64,000 nt of DNA from Eledone cirrhosa (Eukaryota), in NCBI GenBank assembly GCA_964016885.1, contig OZ024750.1, forward strand, positions 35,588,001 to 35,652,000, written 5' to 3'. Both the position numbers and the translations under genes were made by a program. Each line of letters starts with the position of its first letter. The stretch's first letter is position 1. Positions 1-9,815 of this stretch are shown in pieces. The notes beneath the pieces are model-generated. The model was given only the letters and a program-made list of their open reading frames with translations, was not told the DNA's origin and made no database searches.

Positions 1-75
1 TTCTATGGATCCTACATTATCTATGTAATTTAATCAGACATTTAAAAAAAGTTTCATTAGCAATATATTCAAGAC

Positions 76-302
76 TTAACTCCTTAGCTTTTACATTACT
101 CTATATTTACGATTGTATTTTCATGCTAAAGGCTTTATCTCGCATAATATCTCACATAATATTGAATCTATGAGATTTTGATATTATTTATTTGAGAACA
201 ATAACTTAACATCAGTATGAGTGGCTAGTTATGACTAGTTTGAACAGAAAGAGGTGAGAGAATTCTGGCCGGATACGGCCAGTTTAAATATTAAAGGGTT
301 AA
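76..302. mobile_element. piggyBac-type MITE, family A, copy 1
   Basis: TTAA-ctccttagc at the left end and taaatattaaaggg-TTAA at the right end; ~225 bp body shared with copies at 2426, 6360 and 7688; no coding capacity. Confidence 0.75.
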
Positions 303-954
303 CTTAAAATGTAATAATTATATTTGGGAAGGGTCATGTTGCCAGGAAAATATAGTAAAATACACTCACTGTTTGGTTTGGTTTAATATATTTACTAATT
401 GTAAAAGTAGCATTAGTATATTATTTAATAATGAAATAAACTATTAAATTACTATTAAATTACTATTACAACAGTCAATTATTCTACTGAGTCCATTTTG
501 AAAACTTTATATTTTAAATATCTTTTTTGAGATGTTTGAAACATGTTTTTGTTTCTACCTTATGATATTTATTAATTTATTTTCTAATAAAGTTTATCTT
601 TTATAGAACATTTCATAGTTTAATTTAATTTTCATTTCAAAATATCAAAATATTAGTGATAATGATTCAGTTAGAGTATATTATATTTCAAATGATTCTA
701 AGTTTAAAAATAAAAATTTTTTTCAAATGTTAATATATTTCATATATATATGAAAGATGGTTGAAAGATATCTTTTCAAAATTCATGTTTCATTCTCAAG
801 ACGAGATTTTAATCAATGATATTTTACCCAGCTTAATTTTGTAATAAATTTTAATGAGATATTCCACATAAAACTAATTAATAACACCTTTTGATGGAAG
901 TACTTTCGAATTCGATAATTTTATCAAATAAAATGAACATTCTCATATATTTAG

Positions 955-957
<3 letters not shown>

Positions 958-1020
<63 letters not shown>
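958..1020. repeat. (TA)n microsatellite
   Basis: Pure TA run of ~63 bp. Confidence 0.98.
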
Positions 1021-1024
<4 letters not shown>

Positions 1025-1036
1025 AAGTATGACCCC

Positions 1037-1059
1037 GACGGCAGAGCTCAAGCCGTTTC
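1037..1059 (-). other. 3' half of a hammerhead-ribozyme-like motif (Penelope/retrozyme-type remnant)
   Basis: Minus strand reads GAAAC-GGC-ttgagctct-GCC-GTC, i.e. stem III with a palindromic GAGCTC loop and a GUC triplet; the CTGANGA half is absent. Confidence 0.4.
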
Positions 1060-1120
1060 AACAGCTATTTCTGGACTACACACACATATATATATATATA
1101 AGCTGAATATATGAGAATGT

Positions 1121-1182
1121 AACCCATGCTAGCATGGAAGATAGTTGTTAAACGATGATGACGATGATGATGATGATGATGA
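1121..1182 (+). mobile_element. SINE/RTE 3' tail fragment with (GAT)n
   Basis: aacccatgctagcatggaag...ttaaacgatgatgac(gat)n matches the tails of the SINEs at 4806 and 14591. Confidence 0.7.
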
Positions 1183-1299
1183 TTATATATATATATTTAT
1201 ATTTTCATTATTGTAACATCAAGTTACTGTAGGTTCACCAAAGAAAGCACTCGATACATAGTCTCCAATATGTATTTTGTGGTTGTACTAAGCAGAGTA

Positions 1300-1430
1300 T
1301 AATAATAATAATTGTTTCTACTTTTGGCACAAGGCCAGCAATTACCCAGTGCATTGCTGGTACTTTATTTTATCGACCCCGTAAGGATGAAAGGCAAAGT
1401 TAACCTCGGCGGGATTTGAACTCAGAATGG
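1300..1430 (-). mobile_element. tRNA-derived SINE family 1, 5'-truncated
   Basis: Reverse complement of the 3' two-thirds of the copy at 3418-3605 (B box gagttcaaatccc, gcctttcatccttacggggtcgataaaataaagtaccag body, (ATT)n tail). Confidence 0.85.
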
Positions 1431-1790
1431 GTTGGACAGATTCTTGTCAGTACAGCATCTCTCCATTTGCTGCATTCCTTCGTCATCTCCTCTGTGAGTC
1501 CCAGCGACTTCAGGTATGCTCTCACAATCTCAGTCCAGGTCTTTCTTGGCCATCCACTCCTGCAGCTTCCTTTCACTGGGATTTTCTGCCACTTGTTTTC
1601 CCATTGATCTTCATCTATGTGCATCAAATGTCCATACTACCGCAGTCTTTTCTGCACACCACTTCGGTTTCCTCTTAAACCCAGCTTCTCCCTCAGCTCA
1701 GTTCATTCAAGCTCTGCCTTTCTCTCACATTTATGTTGCACATCCAGAGCAGGCTGCTCCTTTGATTCAACAACTGAAAGACTCATCATA
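1429..1790 (-). mobile_element. RTE-clade LINE 3' fragment (degenerate)
   Basis: Translates to ...KWQKIPVKGSCRSGWPRKTWTEIVRAYLKSLGLTEEMT, homologous to the RTE C-terminus at 7003-7209 (GRPRKTW motif). Confidence 0.8.
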
Positions 1791-1899
1791 GAAATTGACA
1801 GAGGTCCATTCCATTCTATGGGAGGGTAGTAAAATAATTTATTCATTGAATATAAACCTGAAAAGTAGAGTGTTAGGAAGTTGAAAAAAAAACTAAGTA

Positions 1900-2081
1900 A
1901 TAACCTTCATTTCTAATGAAACATACTCTATTTTAATTAATTAAAGAAGAATTTTGAGGGATTTATTAATTATTTCATTCATAAGATAGTAACTTAATGT
2001 AAGGATCTTATATAAAATTGTGTTGGTTTTATTACATAGAATCAGAGCCAGTTTTAGCTGGGTTGGTAATTAAAGGTTTAA
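1900..2081. mobile_element. piggyBac-type MITE, family B, copy 1
   Basis: Body (catttctaatgaaa...gagggattta...taatgtaagg...gggttggtaattaaagg) repeated at 2078-2697; ends in TTAA. Confidence 0.6.
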
Positions 2082-2181
2082 TCCTTTAATGACCACATTT
2101 CTAATGAAATACTCTATTTTGATTCATTAATAAAGAATGTCGAGGGATTTACTAAAATTACTAATTATTTCATTAATAAGA

Positions 2182-2363
2182 TAATTATTTCTACTTTTGG
2201 CACAAGGCCAGCAAATACCCAGTGCATTACTGGTACTTTATTTTATCAACTCTGTAAGGATGAAAGGCAAAGTTAACCTCGGCGGGATTTGAACTCAGAA
2301 TGGCAAGGGCCATAACTCTATATGCCAAAGCATGGCGTCTAACCCTCTACCGATACTACCAAT
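2182..2363 (-). mobile_element. tRNA-derived SINE family 1, near full length
   Basis: Reverse complement of 3418-3605 including the head (ttggtagtatcggtagag) and B box. Confidence 0.85.
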
Positions 2364-2425
2364 GATTTAATGTAAGGTTCTTATATAATATTGTGTTGGA
2401 AGATTACAATTCAAATTGGAAACAT

Positions 2426-2632
2426 TTAATCCTTTAACATATACTATTGTATTTTCATGGTAAAGGCTTTACCTCACATAATTATCTCACTTAATATCAA
2501 ATCTACAAGATGTTTATGTTATTTATTTTGAGAACAATACATCAGTATGACCAGCCGGTTACAGCTGGTTTGAACAGAAAGAGGTGAGAGAATTCTGGCT
2601 GGATACGACCAGTTTAAATGCTAAAGGGTTCA
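2426..2632. mobile_element. piggyBac-type MITE, family A, copy 2
   Basis: TTAA-tcctttaacat ... taaatgctaaaggg; same body as 76-302. Confidence 0.75.
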
Positions 2633-3020
2633 AATGGGTGATTTTATTTCATAGAATCATAGCCGTTTTTTGGCTGGGTTGGTAACTAAAGTGTTAAGAT
2701 GATTTTATGGGGTTAGTGATGTTCAGCTCTTTTGCAAAAATTCATTATTACCACAGGTTGACTGGATATAGGTTGATATGAAAATCAAAATGAAGGCTTT
2801 AGTAGCCTTCTCCAGTATTTGTTACATATGTGGTGTGTTGGATAAAAACATGACAAACATTTATTATTGGCCTGAGCTGGGAAAAAATGATTTAAGTTTC
2901 ATTAAGTTGGTTTAATGAAGAATATAGTTGAGATATATAGAGAGAATGATGAAGAAATATAGTTGAGAGATATTATATAGGTATTCTCTATAGATACCTG
3001 AAATAAAAACTGGGCAATTA

Positions 3021-3365
3021 AAAGGGTAAAGACTCCCTTCTATCACAAATGACCACGGGATTGGCACCTAGAAAGTTTACCACCGAAGCACAAGTCCGGG
3101 TTAGGTTGTTTATGGAAGACCAACAGTCACTCATGCATACCAGCCTCCCCTCTTCACGCCACCGATGTTGTCCAAGGGAAAGGCAATGGCCGATACAGCT
3201 TGGCACCAGTGATGTCACTACTCATTTCTACAGCTGAGTAGACTGGAGCAACGTGAAATAAAGTGTCTTGCTCAAGGATACAACGCATCACCTGGTCCGA
3301 GAATCAAACTCACAACCTTCCGATTGTAAGCCCAATGCCCTAACTACTAAGCCATGCGCCTTCAC
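3021..3365 (-). mobile_element. tRNA-derived CORE-type SINE (family 2, body type a) with target-site duplication
   Basis: Minus strand has A box tggcttagtagttagg, B-box-like gagtttgattctc and CORE-like ccttgagcaagacacttt...cagtctactcagctgtagaaatgag; flanked by actgggcaatta (3009-3020) and actggacaatta (3366-3377). Confidence 0.85.
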
Positions 3366-3417
3366 ACTGGACAATTACATAGTAAATATTTGACTATTAT
3401 AAAAATATATATATAAG

Positions 3418-3605
3418 GGCAGTGAATTGGCAGTATCGGTAGAGGGTAGGATATGCTTTCCAGCATAGTTACGTCCCTTTACGATCTGAGTTCAATTCCC
3501 GCCGAGGTTTACTTTGCCTTTCATCCTTACGGGGTCGATAAAATAAAGTACCAGTAATGTACTGGGATAATTGCTGGCGTTGTGCCAAAAAGTAGAAACA
3601 ATTAT
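3418..3605 (+). mobile_element. tRNA-derived SINE family 1, full length
   Basis: A box tggcagtatcgg, B box gagttcaattccc, conserved body; candidate 15-bp TSD attataaaaatatat at 3396-3410 and 3601-3615. Confidence 0.85.
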
Positions 3606-4186
3606 AAAAATATATCTGAATTCAGAATTATGATGAAGGTGGCTATAAAGAAAAATGTTATAAAATACAGGGATATAAGAGGAATGGAAATTGCAATGAA
3701 ACAACTGAGAAACATAAGATATCAGTAAGCAAGTTGACTTTGGTAAAGGATATAAGAGAACATTAGAAAATATAGGCAAGGATGAGCAACTAGGAAGAAA
3801 ACTGATTTATATCATATTCTGAAATATAAGTTACTGTTCAAGGATATTGTAGAAGATATATGATGTAAGAGAGGTCGCCTCCTCCTTCTCCTCAACCATC
3901 ATCATCATCACTTTTCTTTGCTCTTCTCTATATTTTTCTTTCTCCCTCTACCGCTCTCACTCACCCACCCTACACACATATGCGCCAAAGACATGAAGTG
4001 TCTGGAAAAGAGAAGTTGTAGTCACGTCCTCTCTAAGTAGAAATTGTATTGTGTTTATGAGGTAATCCAAACTAGAACAGCCAAGTTATGTAATAGAAAT
4101 ACACAGGAGCAGAACTATATAGATTATACGGTAATATAAAAGACTAAGGAACGTATATATATATATATATAATGTATAAAAAAAAA

Positions 4187-4262
4187 ACCTAATTGTATCT
4201 TAGTTATAGGTTATAGAATTGAAGTATACTTCAATTCTATAACCTATAACTAAGATACAATT

Positions 4263-4266
<4 letters not shown>
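4187..4266. repeat. Perfect 80-bp spacerless palindrome
   Basis: 40-bp arms acctaattgtatcttagttataggttatagaattgaagta|tacttcaattctataacctataactaagatacaattaggt. Confidence 0.95.

Positions 4267-4311
<45 letters not shown>
4266..4311. repeat. (TA)n microsatellite
   Basis: Pure TA run. Confidence 0.95.
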
Positions 4312-4312
<1 letters not shown>

Positions 4313-4345
4313 TAGCTGAACTACCCGGTGATTCCCGGGTATTTT
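4312..4345 (-). mobile_element. Helitron-like 3' terminus
   Basis: Minus strand: GC-rich hairpin tacccgg-gaatca-ccgggta, then gttcag-CTAG followed by T, inserted in a TA run. Confidence 0.6.
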
Positions 4346-4420
4346 ATTAAAGTTAGAATATTTGACTATTGAAATATGAAAAGGTGTACCACATTATGTG
4401 TATATATATATTCATTTTTT

Positions 4421-4459
4421 TCATTTTACGTCCGCTTTTCCCTGCTTGCAAGGGTTGGA

Positions 4460-4460
<1 letters not shown>
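4421..4460 (-). mobile_element. RTE LINE extreme 3' tail
   Basis: Reverse complement gtccaacccttgcaagcagggaaaagcggacgtaaaatga matches the LINE tail at 7219-7260. Confidence 0.75.

Positions 4461-4462
<2 letters not shown>

Positions 4463-4528
<66 letters not shown>
4463..4528. repeat. (TA)n microsatellite
   Basis: Pure TA run. Confidence 0.95.
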
Positions 4529-4533
<5 letters not shown>

Positions 4534-4805
4534 GAGTATGGGGTTAAGTGAACAGGGGCCGGCCATCGAAGAAATGATTGCGCGCATTTGGCCGGCCCCT
4601 GTATCATGAAAAGAAAATCTTTTTGGGGGTTTATTTGATTTTTCCAAATTTAAAGGTTTATTAGGAACCTTCAATGTTTATTTTAGGTTTTACCACCTGA
4701 AGAGCTCAGGTTATCATAACTGATAGTCCTTAGTGAAATATGTATAACAGAATTTTAAATAAATCTGATTCAACTGAATATGACTTCCGATCATTTATTA
4801 ATATA

Positions 4806-5230
4806 AGCATGTCTTAGTGGTTAGAGCATTGGGCTTGCAACCGAAAGGTTGTGAGTTCAATTCTCAGCCCTGGGTGATGTGTTGTTTCCTTGAGCAAGAC
4901 ACTTTATTTCACATTGCTCCAGTTTACTCAGCTGTAGAAATGAGATGATAGGGACTGGGGTCCCTATCATTCCACTGCAAAGTGGTCGTGGAGGTGTCAC
5001 GGCAAAAAAGCACTCAGCCCACACTGTAAAGTGGACGTGAAGGCGCCACGGAAAAAAAGCACCCAGCACTCACTGTAAATGAGGTTGGTGTTAGGAAGAG
5101 CATCCAGCTGTAGAAATCAAGCCAGAATCAGTTCCCGTATGAGCAAGACAAGGTCAGCCGACCGGACACTGCCCATAACAGGACAGCCTGTCTAACCCAT
5201 GCTAGTGTGTAAGAACGGACGTAAAACGGC

Positions 5231-5260
<30 letters not shown>
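4806..5260 (+). mobile_element. tRNA/CORE SINE (family 2, body type b) with RTE-like middle and (GAT)n tail
   Basis: Same head and CORE as 3021-3365, then gttggtgttaggaag.gcatccagctgtagaaa block, aacccatgctag...ggacgtaaaac tail and (GAT)n; homologous to 14591 and 15391. Confidence 0.88.
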
Positions 5261-5263
<3 letters not shown>

Positions 5264-5333
5264 ATATATATAAATAAAGAGTGAGAGAATTGAAATCGAA
5301 GCATTGCTGTAAAATTGACTACACAATATAGTC

Positions 5334-5400
5334 TAATAATTGTTTCTACTTTAGGCACAAGGCCAGCAATTACCCAGTGCATTACTGGTACTTTATTTTA
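5334..5400 (-). mobile_element. SINE family 1, 3' fragment
   Basis: aattgtttctactttaggcacaaggccagcaattacccagtgcattactggtactttatttta matches 1310-1372. Confidence 0.8.
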
Positions 5401-5464
5401 CTAATAATGGGGCATATAAACGCACAGAATGGAAAAAGATGTGTATCAGCACACACACACGTGT

Positions 5465-5580
5465 GTTTGTGATGTGTATGGAAAATAACAGCTGTATAAA
5501 GAAATGCAAAGAAATTTCAGTGGATGGTTCATATGGAAGAGGCAAAAACGGGAAAGACTTGGAATTAAGTAGTAAAAACT
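5465..5580 (+). mobile_element. Old RTE LINE 3' fragment
   Basis: gtgatgtgtatggaaaataacagctg...aagaaatgcaaagaaatttcagtgga...gaaagacttgg aligns by eye to 7036-7130. Confidence 0.55.
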
Positions 5581-6027
5581 TACATTAAGGAGCTGAATGA
5601 GTTATCATGTTGGTCACCAATATGATGTATGTATGGCAGGTGTGGTGGGATTTGACAGAGGATTAGTAGGTGGGAAGGAGTGACCTGTGATGGTGTTGGG
5701 GGGTTAGTCACTGGTATGTCTGGATTTTTAGAAAGGGGATGGTGAGTATAGCTAAGAGGTGGCAGTGGTGATTGCGGTGTGGATGTAGATGGGGTGGTTG
5801 ATAGCATAGGAGGGGGTGTAATGATGGTGAGAATAGCTAGGGGCATGCACAGGGGTAGAGAAAAGCTACTAAGGACTTTAGATATATTAAATATATTAGA
5901 TATTGCGATAAACCTAAGCTTTTTCTATGTATTGATGGAAAACATTTTTCTTCTCATAACTTCATATTTTTTTTCTATGAAACACAGCATAAAACCTATT
6001 CCATAAAAGAAAAGGTTTATCAGTAGA

Positions 6028-6203
6028 GATATCATTTCTGTGTTGATAACTTTGAAGATATTACTTCTGTGTTGATAACTTTGAAGATATCACTTCTGTG
6101 TTGATTACTTTGAAGATATCACTTCTGTGTTGATAACTTTGAAGATATCACTTGTGTTGATAACTTTGAAGATATCACTTCTGTGTTGATAACTTTGAAG
6201 ATA
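6028..6203. repeat. 29-bp minisatellite, ~6 copies
   Basis: Unit gatatcacttctgtgttgataactttgaa at 6028, 6057, 6086 and onward; one copy has a 2-bp deletion. Confidence 0.92.
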
Positions 6204-6235
6204 TAAACTCATTTTAATATATCTTCACAATAATA

Positions 6236-6331
6236 TAGACTTTAGTATTTACATTACTCTATATATACTATTATATTTTCATGGTAAAGCCTTTACCATG
6301 AAAAGGCTTTACCTTACATAATTATTTCACA
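6236..6331. mobile_element. MITE family A, partial left end
   Basis: ctttagtatttacattactctat...ttttcatggtaaag...cttacataattat matches the left half of family A, with a small internal duplication. Confidence 0.6.
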
Positions 6332-6359
6332 GTCATACTGGTGGCATGACAAAAAGCAT

Positions 6360-6575
6360 TAAACCCTTTAGCATTTACATTACTCTTTATTTACTATGGT
6401 ATTTGCATGGTAAAGGTTTTATCTCACATAATATTGAATCTATGAGATTTTGATATTATTTATTTTGAGAACAATACCTTAACATAAGTATGAGTGGCCA
6501 GTTACAGCCAGTTTGAACAGAAAGAGGTGAGAAAATTCTGGCCGGATACGGCTGGTTTAAATGCTAATGGGTTTT
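6360..6575. mobile_element. piggyBac-type MITE, family A, copy 3
   Basis: TIRs ccctttagcattta / taaatgctaatggg; family A body. Confidence 0.78.
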
Positions 6576-6746
6576 AAATATAAAAATGGATTAGCAGAAT
6601 CGGTAGGATGTCAAACAGCAGAGCTTGTGGTATTTATATATGACTCTTTAACAGGGCTAAATTTTCACCTGCTGATGTCCTAAGCTATAGGAAATTTGAG
6701 GCTGTTTTCTGTAAAAATTTGGGTAAAAGAAATTAAAATAATTATC

Positions 6747-7270
6747 TAGAATGAGGACGGATTGGAAGAAGTTTAGGGAGCTGCTTCCTCTGTTGACAAA
6801 GAAGGGTTTCTCCCTGCGTACGAAAGGAAGGTTATATGATGCCTGTGTGAGATGCGCGATGCTGCATGGTAGTGAGACATGGCAGCAACTGCAGAGGATA
6901 TGCGATGGCTGGAGAGAAATGGCTGGATGTGCAATGTCAATGTGCATGAACGACCAAGCATAGATGGGTTGAGAAAGAAACTGGGTATAAGAGGGATAAG
7001 TTGTGGAGGAAAGAAGGCTGAGATGGTATGGACATGTGATGTGCATGGAGGATGACAGCTGGGTAAAGAAGTGCCAAGAAATCCCAGTAGAAGGAAGACG
7101 CAGTAGGGGTAGACCACGAAAAACATGGGCGGAGGTGGTGAGAGCAGATCTCAGATTGCTGAAACTCACGGAGGAGATGACCGTGACAAGTGAAGAGATG
7201 CTGTGCTGAATAGGACCGGTCCAACCCTTGCAAACTGGGAAAAGCGGACATAAAATGATGATGATGATGA
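6747..7270 (+). mobile_element. RTE-clade LINE, 5'-truncated 3' end with tail
   Basis: WKKFRELLPLL..KGRLYDACVR..MLHGSETW and RRLRWYGHV...GRPRKTW motifs (frameshifted); ends ccaacccttgcaaactgggaaaagcggacataaaa(tga)n. Confidence 0.9.
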
Positions 7271-7687
7271 TATATATATATTATCATTGTCATATGTCCA
7301 TTTTTCATGCTAGCATGATATATATATGTATGTAACAGTTAAACAGAAATAACAAAACAAACTGCACATTACATGGAAGAAATATATTAGTTAAACGCTT
7401 GAAATAACAAGAAAGGTGTCTTAATGTTTCGGACACTAGTCATTCATCAGAAGATAGAGTTAGAAATAGAAGATAAATAGAAAGTAAAGAGTGATAAGAG
7501 GAAGGAACTGGGAAAAATGAGGAAAAAAATGGGGGAGAAAAAAACAGATGTGTGTATTCAGTCGGGCATAATTTTTAATGATTTAGCGTTAAGGAATAAA
7601 AACTAAAGATAAAAAGATGAAATAAAAACATATTTTAAAAAATAAGACCCCCGAGGGTGTGTGGCCTTAGGGTATAGCTTATTTAGC

Positions 7688-7916
7688 TTATCCCTTTAGC
7701 ATTTATATTACTCTATATATACTATTGTATTTTTGTGGTAAAGGCTTTACCTTACGTAATTATCTCACATAATATCAAATCTATGAGAGTTTCATGTTAT
7801 TTATTTTGTGAACACTACCTTAATGTTAATATGAGCAGCTCGTTACAGCTGGTTTGAACAGCAAGAAGTCAGAGAATTCTGGGCGGATATGGCCAGTTTA
7901 AATGCTAAAGGGTTAT
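7688..7916. mobile_element. piggyBac-type MITE, family A, copy 4, with TTAT target duplication
   Basis: TTAT-ccctttagcattta ... taaatgctaaaggg-TTAT; perfect 14-bp TIRs. Confidence 0.82.
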
Positions 7917-8442
7917 AGGTAAGTCCAGCACTGCTCTTGACATTTTGTGTTCAAACTGAGGTTAATTTTAATTGATTAATCTAATCCTCCTGGATATAAA
8001 GCCTTGTAGTTCTGTTAGAAATCAATATTACTATTTATTCAAGGATTGTATTAGAGAGAAATAGTTGATTGATAGATTAATTCTCTTGTGGGATTTAGTT
8101 AACATCTATTTATGCTCGGGCTGCTATTGGTTGCTTTTATCCTTATGAAGTCCATATAACAAGTATCAAGCAAATACTGAGATCTATTATTTCTACAACA
8201 CTTTATTTTCTATAATGTGTAACCTGACTAAGTTTGAAAGGAATATTGTTCATCCAGAAGTAGTTATCTCCCCTTTTCATCCTCCATGTTCTTTTGGTTT
8301 TCTTAGTAAAGTATAAAAATGAACTTATTAGGTTTCCATCTTGAAAGTCTCATGCTTTTAAGCAAATGATTCTTTAAATTCCAATTAACAGACTGTAGAT
8401 TTGGAAAGACTTGGGTTTATAAAAGTTTACATGAAACACAGC

Positions 8443-8644
8443 TACAAGGGTGTGGCTGAAAATCCTTAGGCTGACTATCAAGGAATAATGCGATAGCTGT
8501 GAAATTTTGCATGCATTAATTTCAACTCTTCTTATTAATAACTGCATTGTTTCTTTCTAGTAACTACATTGAAAAACAAGGTTAATTTGGTTATTCCACG
8601 AAAGTATTTTGGTCAGCCTATGAAATTTTCAGTTGACCCTTGTA
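8443..8644. mobile_element. Tc1/mariner-type MITE
   Basis: TA-caagggtgtggctgaaaatccttaggctgac ... gtcagcctatgaaattttcagttgacccttg-TA: imperfect ~30-bp TIRs flanked by TA. Confidence 0.75.
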
Positions 8645-8920
8645 TATATGTGTGTGTATATATATATATATATGAATAAAGTTAGTCCTTCATCAGTGAT
8701 CTTCCAACCATCATTGGTATTTCATCGCTTTAAAGACCATATACCTCCAGTTGGTGCGAGCAACGGCTAAAAAAAGTCGTTGGGACACTAAATAAAGGGG
8801 ACACGAAAGTGTAAACAAACAAAGATGGTGAAGCAACGAAAAGTGAGGAAGTAGGAGTCAAGTCCCAAATTTCCATGAATATATATATACACCTACAACT
8901 TCCATCACATATATACACAT

Positions 8921-9000
8921 TATGTTGAAAAATAAACCTCATTTGTTCATTCCATGAGGTTATCTTGGTCAGCCAATAAACTTTTCAGCCAACCCTTGTA
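8921..9000 (+). mobile_element. mariner 3' end (last transposase codons plus right TIR)
   Basis: tat gtt gaa aaa taa = YVEK*, as in mariner transposase C-termini, followed by a TIR (gtcagccaataaacttttcagccaacccttg-TA) similar to 8612-8644. Confidence 0.6.
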
Positions 9001-9815
9001 TACAACAATAGTTTTATTTAGAGTAGAAGCATTTGTTATATATACATGAACTGCAAAGCATTCCAATTAATTCTGATAACTTTTGAACTCATTTGTCTTC
9101 AACCATCTTTCTTTGTGGCATGAATATTTTCATTTCTTTTTTAATCCTTTCCTTAATAACCAGCATCGATATTTACACTGCCTATGGATTTTACTACAAT
9201 CTACATCCATCAATCATCTAAATATGTCGGCAATAATTATCAATTTCCTTTATATTCCTCAATCTATTTGCCTTCAATCATTTTTTTTTTCATTTGTTAA
9301 CCTTTATAGTTACTCATATATTAACAAACCTTTATACCATCTAGTGACACTTATTTAATAATTAATCTCTTCTAAATCTGCTGCTTAATATTTTATAAGT
9401 TTTCTATCTTTTATAATTTTACTACACTTAGTTCTCCCCCCCCCCCCTCAACCTGAGTGGCTGAAAATCAAGCAATTGTTTCCAAAGAAGACATATAATG
9501 AATAATAAAGAGACCATTGAACACCAGCTGCAAAATATGGCTGGCTTATTTTCTGGAATAGGGAAGGTTGTAATGCTGTAAACATGTTTATTTTGTCATT
9601 TTATGTTTTGTGGTCTCATCATAGACTGCACTGTAAAAGGACTGGCAAACTAATTGAAATTTATCCTAATTATCTAATTAAGAAAAACTACATATTAGAT
9701 TTTACTTCAATGTTATATATCTCTTATTTAGTTTTTCTATTTATTCCTCCACCACCTTATGTTTCTCATTTTTGTCTGCCTTTCTATTTGTCTTTCCCCT
9801 GAGTACATATATCTG

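Larger units (their letters stand above)
2078..2697. mobile_element. piggyBac-type MITE, family B, copy 2, carrying two nested insertions
   Basis: TTAA-tcctttaatgacc ... ggtaactaaagtg-TTAA; collinear with copy 1 once the SINE (2182-2363) and family A MITE (2426-2632) are removed. Confidence 0.6.

Noticed and set aside
3300-3500. tRNA genes
   Set aside because: The A/B boxes belong to SINE heads that continue into SINE bodies; no complete cloverleaf is present.
5580-6006. Pro/Thr-rich or Gly-rich ORFs
   Set aside because: Low-complexity G-rich tract with no domain or splice evidence.
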